A DNA stretch of 64,000 nt from Octopus bimaculoides (lineage: Eukaryota), in contig NC_068983.1 in NCBI RefSeq assembly GCF_001194135.2, forward strand, positions 54,364,382 to 54,428,381, given 5' to 3'. Within the stretch, counting starts at the first letter, position 1, and the number at the start of each line of letters is the position of its first letter. The notes beneath the pieces are model-generated. The model did no database searches. It was given only the letters and a program-made list of their open reading frames with translations, and was not told the origin of the DNA. A program made the position numbers and the translations under genes. Below, in pieces: positions 27,138-40,230 of this stretch.

Positions 27138-28099
27138 TCACACACACATAATATATAAATATACACACATACATAAACATATAAATACACCACATATTGT
27201 AAACATATATATACACACACACACAGATATAGATAGTTGTGTATACATATATGTAGTAGATAAAAGTAATAGAGCTTATTATATGTAGGCTTGTGAACAC
27301 ATTTTGTGTGACAATACTCAATTAACAACAACTAATAGAAGTGATGGTATAGAACTTTCATTTCAAATAACTATGTACATGTCTATACAAATGTGAGTGT
27401 ATGAATTTATGTATATATGTATATACAGACATACTCGTACACATAGAGCAGTGTTGTAGATAATGCAGTTATACATTTAGATTTTTCCTGAAATATAAAC
27501 ATACATTCATTACCAAATATTTGTATATGTGCTTGTGTGAGATTAACTGCCTGTGTGTGTACTTGTCTGTATATGTGTGTGTGTGTACTTGTCTGCATGT
27601 GTGTGTGTCTACTTGTCTGCATATGTGTGTGTGTATACACATGTAATATGATATGATGCAATATTATCTGATATAATATGCTGTACTGGATGTTGTTAGA
27701 TGTCGGTTGAAAAGACGCGATGTTAGTTGATAATAAGAGCGTAACCATTGTTGAAGCCGAGCAAAGGAAGACTGGTATGGTGGTGGTGGTGGTGGGTGAG
27801 TGGCAGTGTTAGGGTGGGGGCACAGGAGGTGTCAAGTGCAAATTCGAGAATGGTATGTTTCACAAATGAGATGTTTTATGTTTCATATTTATCCGATAGG
27901 AAAATAGATGCTAAAATCATTATGTTGATGGTATACAAATGAATGTGTGTTTGTATATCTGTAATCATGTCTATGTCTAATCATGTATATATATATATNN
28001 NNNNNNNNNNNNNNNNNNNNNNNNNNNNNNNNNNNNNNTATATATATTGTTAATTTATTAATAAATTAATAAATTGATAAACCTTTACCCTTTTAATTG

Positions 28100-28139
<40 letters not shown>

Positions 28140-28907
28140 GTGTAAATGTATTAGTTTGTTATTAACTCTATGTTGAGTGCTAAATGCTGTTTCTTCAGGT
28201 CTTTATATAGAGATACACACATGTTTATTCATTTATTAACTGTGAAGACACATTAGTGACTCAAGGCCCCTAAGTCTTGTGCAAGAGTATATGACACATA
28301 CAAACCCTTCACACACACACACACACACACACACATTATATATATATATATATATACACGCACACAAACATATGTATGTGTGTATGTATATATATATATA
28401 TATATATCAATAAAAACATAAATATATAAAATATAATATATATGAAAAATATATATCAATAAATATATAAAGTATATATAAATAAATATATTATACATGT
28501 GTGTGTATGTGTGTATGAGAGAGAGAGAGAATTTAGAACTTCTTTTAGCTCTTAAATGATATACATAAAATATTTTATATATATTTTGTTTACATATATA
28601 TCTATATGCATATATATTGTTATGCAAGTACATCTCCGTAACATAGTATAATTATATTTGAAGAAAAATCTGAATGTATAGTGGTATTTGTGCAACACTG
28701 CTCTGTCTGTGTGTATGAGAAGTTATATGTGTGAATGTATCTTGTCTTTAAGGAATGCACATATGCATGTTAAAACTTGAAATAGTCACACAGTATTGTA
28801 ACATTAACTGAATAAATAAATAAATAGATAAATAACTATTAGTATATATATTTGAGTAAATTTTTCTTTGAAGTTCTCAGCTGAGGGATAATCATTATAG
28901 TCAACTA

Positions 28908-29019
28908 GTGTCCTCATCTTGGTGGTTATAGAACATTACAAAATATGAGAAGTACCTGAGGGAGGCTGGCAAGTACACCAGCCAAAACGTTGCAACAATA
29001 AAGACCAAGACGAGGACAT
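28908..29019 (+). ncRNA. Decayed hammerhead-like motif inside a 16-bp hairpin (Penelope-like tail)
   Basis: CTGAGGGA 28956-63, perfect stem II GGCTGG/CCAGCC, AAAACGTT where GAAACGTT is expected, outer inverted repeat 28908-23/29004-19. Confidence 0.45.
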
Positions 29020-29276
29020 TAACCCAGAATATATCAGTCTATTTAAGTAATATATTGACTACTTTTACCCTTGCTTCTATACTATACTATGCACACACAC
29101 ACACACACACACACATGCGAGCGTGTCCATGTAGTTCAAAAGCTCATTTTGTAACGACGTGGTTTCATGTTCAGTCCCACTGTGTGGCATCTTGTGCAAA
29201 GTGTCAACTGCTGTGGCACCAGGCCAACCAATGACTTATAAGTGAATATGATAGATGGAAATTATGTGGAAGCCCA

Positions 29277-29319
<43 letters not shown>

Positions 29320-30841
29320 NNNNNNNNNNNNNNNNNNNNNNNNNNNNNNNNNNNNNNNNNNNNNNNNNNNNNNNNNNNNNNNNNNNNNNNNNNNNNNNNN
29401 NNNNNNNNNNNNNNNNNNNNNNNNNNNNNNNNNNNNNNNNNNNNNNNNNNNNNNNNNNNNNNNNNNNNNNNNNNNNNNNNNNNNNNNNNNNNNNNNNNNN
29501 NNNNNNNNNNNNNNNNNNNNNNNNNNNNNNNNNNNNNNNNNNNNNNNNNNNNNNNNNNNNNNNNNNNNNNNNNNNNNNNNNNNNNNNNNNNNNNNNNNNN
29601 NNNNNNNNNNNNNNNNNNNNNNNNNNNNNNNNNNNNNNNNNNNNNNNNNNNNNNNNNNNNNNNNNNNNNNNNNNNNNNNNNNNNNNNNNNNNNNNNNNNN
29701 NNNNNNNNNNNNNNNNNNNNNNNNNNNNNNNNNNNNNNNNNNNNNNNNNNNNNNNNNNNNNNNNNNNNNNNNNNNNNNNNNNNNNNNNNNNNNNNNNNNN
29801 NNNNNNNNNNNNNNNNNNNNNNNNNNNNNNNNNNNNNNNNNNNNNNNNNNNNNNNNNNNNNNNNNNNNNNNNNNNNNNNNNNNNNNNNNNNNNNNNNNNN
29901 NNNNNNNNNNNNNNNNNNNNNNNNNNNNNNNNNNNNNNNNNNNNNNNNNNNNNNNNNNNNNNNNNNNNNNNNNNNNNNNNNNNNNNNNNNNNNNNNNNNN
30001 NNNNNNNNNNNNNNNNNNNNNNNNNNNNNNNNNNNNNNNNNNNNNNNNNNNNNNNNNNNNNNNNNNNNNNNNNNNNNNNNNNNNNNNNNNNNNNNNNNNN
30101 NNNNNNNNNNNNNNNNNNNNNNNNNNNNNNNNNNNNNATATATATAGTGTCTTTGTGTAGGTTTGTGTGTGCGTGTGCCCACTACTTTGAAACTGGTGTC
30201 TTGTTTGTATACATCCTTGTAACTTAACAGTGCAGGAGCTGATAGAATAAGCACCAGACATGATAAGTAGTGAAGCAGATTTGTTTGACTGAGAAGGCTT
30301 CAAGGTGGTGTCCAAGCATGGCCGCAGTCCAATGACTGAACCAAGTAAAAAGTAAGAGATAAGGATACATGTTGGAGTGTGTGCGTGTGTGTGTGTGTAA
30401 TGCTTATATATGTTTCTATGCATGTATAATCTTAAAAGCATTTTCTTTATACCTTGTTATCAGTTTTATGTCTGTATTTTAAATAGATATACTTCTTTTA
30501 CTTCTAACGTAACATACCAATCCAGTCTTGCTTGCTTTAGAGTCTCTGAAGATTTCCTTTGATTATGTAGATATGTTCTTCGTAATCTATGTTTGACTTA
30601 GATTACTTGTGACACAACACATAGCCTTAGAAACTATATTTTGTTGCAAGTCAACTCTGTGTTGATCCAAATGCACACATCAATGGAACACACACATGCA
30701 CATGCATACACACATACATATGCACACACAAACACACTCATATATAAATATATCAAAGAAGCATGTAGTTATGCTTTAGTATATTGAGTTTCTTTCTATT
30801 TACATTGCCCGTCTCTCTCTCTCACTCTCTGTATATATGTG

Positions 30842-30882
<41 letters not shown>

Positions 30883-33190
30883 AAATATAAGTAATTTATA
30901 CATATATAAATATTTTATTACTTTTCTTAAATTCTTCTCATTCTCTTTCCCTACATCTAAAATTATTTATACTAGCAAATCTACTCATCTACGATGGAGG
31001 CATAAAATGAGGGAGGGCAATCATAATAGGAGTATGTATTGAGAAATGTGTAAATGGACTTGATAGATTATGGGGTGATGTCTTAGAGAAATCACATTAT
31101 TGTTGGTGATACAGCATTCTATTGCAGCTATATGACATGCGTTTGTGACTAAGTGACATGTGATGACGATTCACTCCCGGACTGAAATATGCTCCCAGCC
31201 TCTGTATCATGAATGGTTATGTGGACCACTCCTAATGAAAGCCAGAGCTTCCTTCAACCATTACATGAAAAGTATTAAGAAAAAAATGTTACTTAGATAT
31301 ACTTTTATTTTAGTTGTTTACACACTATTTTACACTTCTTTATACTCTCATACATTGAAAGTTCACAGATTTCCTTATTTAAATTACGAATCATATTCCT
31401 TTCAATAATATTAATATGATCGCAAAACTTCTTTGAAGATGACAATGAAACAGTCAAGGCTATGTTGTTAAGAAGTTTGCTTCACACCAGTGTGGTTCTA
31501 GGTTCATTCCTACTGCATGAATCTTGAGCAAGTGAATTTACCATTGCTTTAGGGTAACTGAGGCTCTGTGAGTATTGGCAGTCATGACAGAAACTACAAG
31601 CAAGCTTGTTAGGTATGCCAATGTATGTATGTGTATATGTATGAATGATAATAAAAATAGGTGGCACAGAGTGACAATAAAGGAATTTAAGTGTAAACAG
31701 AAGAAAAATGTGAAAATCACACAACAGATGCAGAGACACTCAGTGTAACTCTCTCATCAGCTGTCAAGCAAATATCATCACAATTTTGACACCCTTCATG
31801 CATGGACATAGTTATGTATGCACCTAAAGATAAAACTATACAGAATATATAATATTTATAGTTTAAATGTAGGTGGAGAGCTGGCTGAATCATTAGCACT
31901 CCAGACAAAATGCTTTCTGGTACTTCATCCATCTTTATGTTCCAAGTTCAAATTCCATCAAGACTGACTTTATCTTTTATCATTTTGCGGGTCTATAAAA
32001 TAAGAACCAGTTAAACACTGGGGTCAATATAAACTACTTACGCCTCCACTATAATTACTGGCCTTGTGTCAAAATTTGAAACTAATATTTATAGTTTAAA
32101 ATCTAACGAGAAAATTTTACTTTACTGTTGTGGCAAGAATCACTGACACTCTTGGTGCATTGGAGAATGGACTAGCCGAACTCTTATAAAGAGTAGAGGT
32201 CGGTAGTAGTCAGGAGAGAGCGTTTTGGTAGTCTCATGAAGTACATCGTGTGAACACTTTGATTAAACCTCCAGTGCATAATTTATCTATACCAGCCTGT
32301 GGCAGGATTTAAAACTTCGATATTTTAAAACTGACTTGTTTTCTCTCTCTATTCATGAGCAATAAAATAAGTATATGAAAACATTTTTGTATGAATTTCT
32401 GGTATAAGTATTTACTGAGCAAGATGCTCCTGTTTCAATGCTAACTCCTTAACTATTTAAATGTCAAGAAACTATCACTTATATAATTATTTATAAACAT
32501 TCTTTTTAATACACGTAATAACTTCAGAAATACAGATATATTCACTGACTTACTCATTCTCACAGAATCTAAACTCCTTACAGTGAACTTTTGAATTTTA
32601 TCAAATGAAATGATGCTTACACTTCAAAAAACATTGCATCATCAAACAAGAGACTTGACTTTAAAAGAATTTCGATGAGGAATTTTGAGTGTCTGTTTGG
32701 GCGTCTACATGTCTGCCTGGAAAAACACACAACCTCAAAAATAATTGAAACCGAATAAAAATGTCCTTTGCAGTGGATGTTCTCTAACCTCACAGAGAAA
32801 TGTACTGTATGGTAAAGAAATGTATAGGTGCAAGCATGGTTGTGTGGTAAGAAACTTGCTTGCCAACCACATGGTTCTGGATTAGAAGTTCAGATTATTC
32901 TGTCAAGTGTTATTCATTAACATTGTTCTGAATTAATTATGCATTATCTTGTAGCTAAGAAGACATTTTCATGTTGTGATTGCTTAGACTTAGAAAGACA
33001 TTGTAGGAAAGGTGTGAGAGGCCAGATCTGGTCAGTTTTAACATGAAACTAGTAGAATATTCAGGTCAGATATGGTTGATTTGAATGCTAAAAATGTGAA
33101 ACTCAAAGGGGATGTATTATGATGTAAAAGTTTTCTAACCCTAAGGAGCATTTCAAAAGGTTGCACTTGGTTCTAGTCTTGTCATTTTAA

Positions 33191-33422
33191 CTCTTTTGTT
33201 ACCATGTTTCAGTTGAAATACACACTACTTTTGTTCCAGTTAATTTTTAAAATACTGAAGATTTTAGTAAAATAATTTTGCCATTATTAAAGCAGTGTTT
33301 AAGCCATAAATTAACACGATATTTTGATGAAAGGTTTTAATTTAAACCACTTTAAAACAAGGGAAATTTGTATCAAAGAACCAGAGGCAATTGGTATCTC
33401 AAGGCTGGTTGGAGACAAAGAG
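33191..33422 (+). mobile_element. piggyBac-like MITE, family B
   Basis: TTAA|CTCTTT...AAAGAG|TTAG. Homologous to 40281-40500, 41792-42007, 47792-48045 and 48063-48268. Confidence 0.7.
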
Positions 33423-33796
33423 TTAGAAGGATGAGAGATGAGCTGTTCGCTAGTGAGAATGTAAGTTTGTTTAGCTAACACTTCAAGGGGCCCTGGCACC
33501 ATCTGTTCCTAGAAACTCAGTGAGCAGAGTTAACCACAATTAAGTATATTACCCCAAGTATACAAGTGCACCAGCAGTGGTTTTCAATTCAAGATCTTTG
33601 AACTAGTAATCCAATTCATAGCTATTCAGCTATTTCATTTGGACGCTATTCAGATCAATACTTAAATTGTTGAGAGCTTTTAATGCTCCCAACATTAAAT
33701 ATGTTAATGAGAAATAATCATGCATCAAGGGAAAGGAAAATCAATATTAGTCAATAACTAATGTTATTTTAATCATTTTGGAAAGTATGGTAGGCA

Positions 33797-33840
33797 ATTT
33801 TGGACATATTTCAGTCTTATTATGATCTCATCAGTGGAGC
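33797..33840 (-). ncRNA. Minimal hammerhead-like motif, stems decayed
   Basis: Minus strand: CTGATGA GATC ataataa GACT GAAA TATGTC. Core nucleotides and GUC triplet present, stem I unpaired. Confidence 0.4.
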
Positions 33841-34474
33841 ATAAACTTTGTCATACTTGCCAAAGTAGAGATGGAAGATTCGTTAAATAAATGTATAAAT
33901 TTGTATATAGTTTGGCACAGAAAATAGAGGATGTGAGATGAGGATATTATGAATCAGAGTGATAACGCTCTAATGTGTTTTCAATATGTATGTGTAGGCG
34001 GGAAGCAGACAGGCAGTTTGATAAATACACAAACATGATACAAACACATACACACAAAGGGAGGGATTAGTCAAGACTTGTGGTAGGGGAGAATATGTTT
34101 CTTTTTAAATGCCTAACATTAATATTTTGATTAAAACTGTTTAATTAAATATTAAAATTATAATACCTTTGATTTATCATCGCTTAAAATATAAGCGTGA
34201 ATATTTTTATTGAAAAGGTTCAATTAAACATTAAAATTATATCTTTGATATATTTAATTAAAATATTATCATAAATAATTCTATTATAAAACTCTAATTA
34301 AAAATTAAAATTATATTTTTTTCTTTACATTATCAAATTTTAATAGGATTAACAAAATAGAAAGAAAAATGTTCACCAAATGTATTAATCAAAAATCACA
34401 TTTTAGCCTGTAATTTGATTTTAATATGTCCATACAACCACCCACACACACACACATACCCACACGCAAATAGG

Positions 34475-34788
34475 TGTAGGCATGGATGTGTGGTTGAGAA
34501 GTTTGCTTCCCAACCATGCAGTTTCAAGTTCAGTCCCGCTTTGTGGAACCTTGGGCAAGTATTTTCTAGTATAGCCTCAGGTTGATCAAAACCTTGTGGG
34601 TGGATTTGATAGGTGGAAACTGTAAGACACCAATTGTGTGTGGCTGTGGGGTAAGTAGCTTGCTTACCAACCACATGGTTCTGGGTTCAGTCTCACTGCA
34701 TGACACCTTGGGCATGTGTCTTCTATAGCCTTGAGCCAACCAAAGCCTTGTGAGTAGATTTGGTACACAGAAATTGAAAGAAGCCTGT

Positions 34789-34790
<2 letters not shown>
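34475..34790 (+). mobile_element. Two tandem SINE heads
   Basis: Head plus CORE-like segment repeated at about 34475-34625 and 34640-34790. Confidence 0.75.
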
Positions 34791-34826
<36 letters not shown>

Positions 34827-34829
<3 letters not shown>

Positions 34830-35040
34830 GGGTTGGACAAAATAATGGAAACACCTAGCATCATAATTTTGAAATATCTGTAAAACCATCAAAAGCTAGT
34901 TTATTTCTATGTCTTTTGATTTATTATTAGTGTTGCTTAATATGTTTTGCTAATAAAATTGCTGTTCCTTTTCAGATATCATCAGAAAAAAGGTAATTAA
35001 AAATTCATTAAAATGACAGATCTAATCTTAAAAAAAGTCT
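34827..35040 (+). mobile_element. Tc1/mariner-type left end
   Basis: TA|CAGGGGTTGGACAAAATAATGGAAACACC is a typical Tc1-like TIR. Matching right TIR not found. Confidence 0.55.
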
Positions 35041-35292
35041 TTAAAAAATGTTTCTTAGTAATAAAGGTGTAGAAACAAAAATAAGGGTTTATTCATTTAT
35101 CTATTTCAATATTTCGACCATACCTCCTAATCATAAATGGTGGAGAGTGAAATTTTATTCTGACAAGCTGCATTGCATAATGTGGTTTTCTCAGTCACTT
35201 AATTCTATACAATGCTTCAAATAAATTATATTATATATATATAAAACCAATATATATACATATATATATATATAAAACCATTATATATATAT

Positions 35293-35364
<72 letters not shown>

Positions 35365-36225
35365 AGAGAAAAAGAGAGAGATAGAGTTAGCCATTGTGTT
35401 ACCTGCAGCCTCCATTTTGATGGTGGAGCTTTTTATTGGATTTGTCTATCTGCTTAATAGAGAAATGTGAATTATCATCACATGATATCATGTGAGCTGT
35501 GATCACACTACATATGCCTTTCATCTCTTTCCATACGACACCTTTTATCAGTGTATGCTTGTACTATTATTCCGATATGTTGTCAGATGAAACCCAATAC
35601 TTACTTAGAAAATTGATTCTTCTTTGCCTTCAACTTCTTTTTTTACTTAAAATTCCCATATTTCTAATATACCGTTGTTATCATCATTTGATCATTCATT
35701 TGGCCACACTGGTATACATCAGAGAAGCCTAATATAACAACTGCCTGGCTTTCTTGATCATATCGGATCTTCTATGTATGTGTGTGTGTGTTTTAGTCCA
35801 GAAATAAAGGAAGAAAAATCAATGCTCATAGACTATGCAGGGGTTTACAAGGCTAGCCATGTCAATAAAGTTTCAAAGCTTGCATGAAGGCTGGAAATTT
35901 GGGGGATAGGAATAAATGTTTGGTATATGATTTAAGTGACTATGAGATAGTTAGTATGACAAGAGATAAGCAGGCAAGTCTGTCAAGTAAGCTCAAGTGG
36001 CATTGGTATATGGTTCTGCTCATTCCGAAGGGTAGAAAGCACATGGACAGATGTGTAGCTAGGCAGGTTAGGGAGGTAGTCTGCCGTGGGTGATATTTTT
36101 ATGGGAAGAGCACATTTGGGTCTGTTATGTAAGCCAGTATAGACTTGGGAGCCTGAGGGAAGGGTGAAAAACTCAAGGGCTGTTCTAGGTGGTATGCAAC
36201 CTTGCTAACCACTGAACAAGGTTAA

Positions 36226-36437
36226 CTAGTTCTGAAAAGCAGAAAGTACATGACTTGCTAGTTCTGAAAAATAAAGCACATGGCTTGCTAGATTTGTAAA
36301 GAGGAAATCACGTGGTTTTCTAACTCTGTAAAGCAGAGCACACATGTTTTGCTAGTTCTGTAAAGCAGCAAGGAAATGGTTTGTTAGCTCTGTAAAGCAG
36401 AAAGCACATGGCTTGCTAGATCTCTAAAGGAGGAAGG
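36226..36437. repeat. 32-bp diverged minisatellite, about 6.5 copies
   Basis: Consensus ctagttctgtaaagcagaaagcacatggcttg. Units start at 36226, 36258, 36288, 36320, 36352, 36384 and 36416. Confidence 0.85.
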
Positions 36438-36629
36438 ATTATAGCAGGGGCAGAAGAGATAGGGGAAGGATACTGAGTGTTAGTGAGTGAAAGTCTACCA
36501 ATAATTTTATGCAGCAATGTTTTTGGTGTTGTCTAGAATGTATATAGCAAGCATCTACCATAGATACGTGAGCAGTATTCTTATTGTGGAATACATATTG
36601 TACCTTTAAAGTAATGGTGGCTGTTCAAT

Positions 36630-37325
36630 ATTGAAATACTGGTTCTGGAGAAAAGACTCAGTTTTAGCCATGTTTGTGGCCAGCATAAGAAACCACCAAA
36701 GATTCTGACACATAGTACAGTAATCCCTCGACTATTGCAGGTGTTATGTTCCAAAACCCCCAGCGATAGGTGAAAATCCGCAAAGTAGAAAGAATACTGT
36801 ATTGTATATATATTTTTTTATTTTAATAATTTGTATATATTTATCATAAATGCAAAACAACACCACACACTCACCTCCCAAGTTTCGTTTTCCATACATC
36901 TATGGTACACTATGTATTTTCTTTTAATATATTTTAATTAATGTGTTATACAGTGCAGTCCTGTACTGTATTTTTATTTATTAATTTATTGATTTTTAGG
37001 TGTAAAAATGCTTATTTTACCACAGAAATAATTAAAATCTAAAACAAATATTAATCCTATTGACTGCAGAAACCTGTCATATATTGAGGAGTCCATGACA
37101 TAAATTTACATAAATTAGCCAGAAAAATCTGCGATGTACTGAGAGCATGATAGCTGAAGCACGATATGGTGAGTGCTTACTGTATTTATACTAAATATGT
37201 AATGGTTTTGATTTAGTTAAGCAATTTGGGTCAGGATGGAAAAGACTGGCACAATCAAGACATGATTGGAAGTACATTATGACCAGTGGTGTCAAACAAC
37301 ATCCGATGGTCTGGTCAACACAGTG
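36630..37325 (+). mobile_element. Old RTE-type ORF2 C-terminal relic interrupted by a MITE
   Basis: EKRLSFSHVCGQHKKPPKILT before the MITE. DLVKQFGSGWKRLAQSRHDWKYIM after it resembles the RTE W..LAQDR..WR motif. Confidence 0.4.
36718..37182. mobile_element. Tigger/pogo-type MITE
   Basis: TA TSD on both sides. TIRs cagtaatccctcgactattgc and (rc) cagtaagcactcaccatatcg. Confidence 0.7.
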
Positions 37326-39149
37326 ATGTAATAGCTTTAGTTGTAAGTTGATTGTGTGCAGTGGCAATACCATAAGAACGTTATATGATTATGTTACTGC
37401 CTATGAATATCTATGTTGCTATTTCTACTCCTTTTCCTGTTTGTCTTTGTTGTCAGGCTCTGTGTATCTTTTATCAACTCATGGCAATTTTGCACACAGC
37501 ATATAGCAGACATCAATATGTGACCAAAACTATCTCAGATCTTCTCGTCAATTACATTTGACATTACTGGATCTTTGATCCTCGTACCCTCGCTTAACTC
37601 TTGCATGCAATCCTTTTTCATAACACAGGAATATTAATTCAAATGTTTGTCGTGATGGGGGGTTTTTTTTTTTTTTTTTCATTTTGCTCTTCAAACCCAA
37701 TATAAATCCAACCTGGGTTTTCATTTAAACTAAAATTCCAATTTAATTTTTCTTTTAAATAAATAAATAAAAATAAAACTCAAAATTAATAATAAAAAAA
37801 AAAAAAAAAAAAAAAAAAAAANNNNNNNNNNNNNNNNNNNNNNNNNNNNNNNNNNNNNNNNNNNNNNNNNNNNNNNNNNNNNNNNNNNNNNNNNNNNNNN
37901 NNNNNNNNNNNNNNNNNNNNNNNNNNNNNNNNNNNNNNNNNNNNNNNNNNNNNNNNNNNNNNNNNNNNNNNNNNNNNNNNNNNNNNNNNNTTTTTTCTTA
38001 ATTGAATTAAAATTTGGGTTTGAATTTTCTTTTCAGCTATCTCTCCCCCCCCCATTACTAAGTTCAGTTTTATGAAAATATTTCAGTTTTATTGAAAGAG
38101 AACATTTCAAATCAAAGAAAATTAAAAACAGAAAAAAAAAAAGAACAAACAAAAAACCCCCAACCTTTAATCAAAATTTTAAAAAGTGAAATTTGCATAT
38201 CCAACAGAACATTATTAAATAATTCCTGACAGAACAGTTTTCTGATTTTATCCCAAGATTATGAAATAGTCTTGAAAATCCTTTAGGAAATTTCCGCAGG
38301 TTATTTACAGGAATATGTCAACTTAATCTCACTCATCATGGCTTCTCTTTGCAGGTTTCTTATCAGTCCCTTGCTAAGATTTTTAAAATATCTATATCTA
38401 ACGCAATCTTAAGATTTATAAATATCCACGTTTCACAGAAGCACTGAGAGATCTAATAAGTTCTTCAAAAACTCATTATAGTCCTTTAATTTTATAAAGA
38501 AATCCCCCCCCACTCATTGTGAAGATATTTTCAGTAACATGAAAGCATCAATATTTTATCTTTGGGACACATTTTAATATATGAAAGAGAGAGTATTCTA
38601 TGTTTAATTATTTGAATCCTTCCTGTAAGAAAGGAGTTGGTTTCTAATAAAGATACAAATCTCTATCATTGAAATTTTGATAACAAAAGCAATGTCATAT
38701 TTTGAACTTGAGGAAAGTCTTGCATATTTTTACCGTCCCACTTATTGATTGTATTTATAATATGCATAGTAACTGGTCGATGTTTTTGATGAAAACTCCA
38801 ACATTTCTAGACTGTCATTTAGGCATTTACTCACTAAACCAAGTACACCTATTATTATTGGTATAAATGTGAGTGTATATATATATACATTTGTATGTGC
38901 ATATATATGTATGCATATATGTTCTATGCTCTAGGCCACAATCTTACAGCCAGGCAACTGAAAGTTTACATAGGAATACGTTGTTGCATGTTAAGCTCAA
39001 AGACAACACATTTTCTAAATACTTTTTATAAACTCAGGAAAGGCTGGATACCACAGCTACAAATGTCCATTCCAAGTCATGCACCTCAGTTTTGCCCCAA
39101 GGTAGCTGGAATTTTAGAAAGTGAGACATCTTTACAAAGAAAACTTTAT

Positions 39150-39315
39150 AGGTGCAGGAGTGGTTGTGTGGTAAGTAGCTTGCTTACCAACCACATGGTT
39201 CTGGGTTCATTCCCACTGCATGGCACCTTGGGCAAATGTCTTCTGCTATAGTCTCGGACCAACCAAAGCCTTGTGAGTGGATTTGGTAGACGGAAACTGA
39301 AAGAAGCCTGTCATG

Positions 39316-39352
<37 letters not shown>

Positions 39353-39591
39353 GTATGTGTGTGTATATGTTTGTGTGTCTGTGTTTGCCCCCACCCCACC
39401 CCCACATCACTTGACAACTGATGCTGGTGTGTTTACATCCCTGTAATTTAGCGGTTTAGCAAAAGATACTGATAGAATAAGTACTAGGCTTACAAAGAAT
39501 GGGTCTTGGGGTTGATTTGCTCAACTAAAGGCAGTGCTCCAGCATGGCTGCAGTCAAATGACTGAAACAAGTAAAAGAGTAAAAGAGTAAA
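39150..39591 (+). mobile_element. Full, well-preserved SINE (main family)
   Basis: Complete head, central (TA)n, body and (taaaagag)n tail. Confidence 0.9.
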
Positions 39592-39839
39592 GGGTATGTT
39601 ACTTTTAGCCTGAATATGTATATTATTTTTTGTTTATTTTTCTTTCTAATTTTGGTCATTTTTATGAAGCTTGACTAGAACTAATTTCGGAATTACTTGG
39701 ATGCAACAATTCTGAGTACACCAACATTCCATGACCAACTAAAAATTATCAACATGATCTTAAAACAATTTATTTGAAACCTAGTAAATTCACATGATTA
39801 AAGACTCCCATCAGTCATGAATGATCATGTGGGTGCACC

Positions 39840-40230
39840 TAGAAAGTTCTTCTTCCCGGCACAAGTCTGGGAAAGGTTGTTTGTGGGAGACCAGCGGTCA
39901 CCCATGCCTACTAGTCTTTCCTCTTCATGCCACTGATATTGAGCACTCCACAGACACGTGTACCCTTAACGTAGTTCTCGGGGATATTCAGCATGACATA
40001 GTGTGACAAGGCTGACCCTTTGAATTACAGGCACAACAGAAACAGGAAGTAATAGTGAGAGAAAGTTGTGGTGAAAGAGTACAGCAGGATTCGCCACCAT
40101 CCTCTGTCGGAGCCTTGTGGAGCTTTAGGTGTTTTCGCTCAATAAACACTCACAACGCCCGGTCTAGGAATCGAAACCGTGATCCTATGACCGCGAGTTC
40201 GCTGCCCTAACCACTGGGCTATTACACCTC
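39840..40230 (-). mobile_element. Composite tRNA-SINE
   Basis: tRNA-like aatcgaaacc...ccctaaccactggg head at right, shared 3' body segments at left. Confidence 0.65.

Noticed and set aside
34110-34400. Extremely AT-rich segment as a possible NUMT
   Set aside because: No recognisable mitochondrial gene, tRNA or rRNA motif. BLAST against the mitogenome would be needed.
36226-36437. CRISPR-like periodicity
   Set aside because: Contiguous degenerate units without unique spacers, eukaryotic context and no cas genes.
37458-37560. Strong acceptor at 37457 with downstream ORF ALCIFYQLMAIL...
   Set aside because: All frames stop before a credible donor and no homology is recognised.
37640-38200. 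Homopolymer-rich sequence around a gap
   Set aside because: Looks like low-quality read ends next to a poly-A tract rather than a biological feature.
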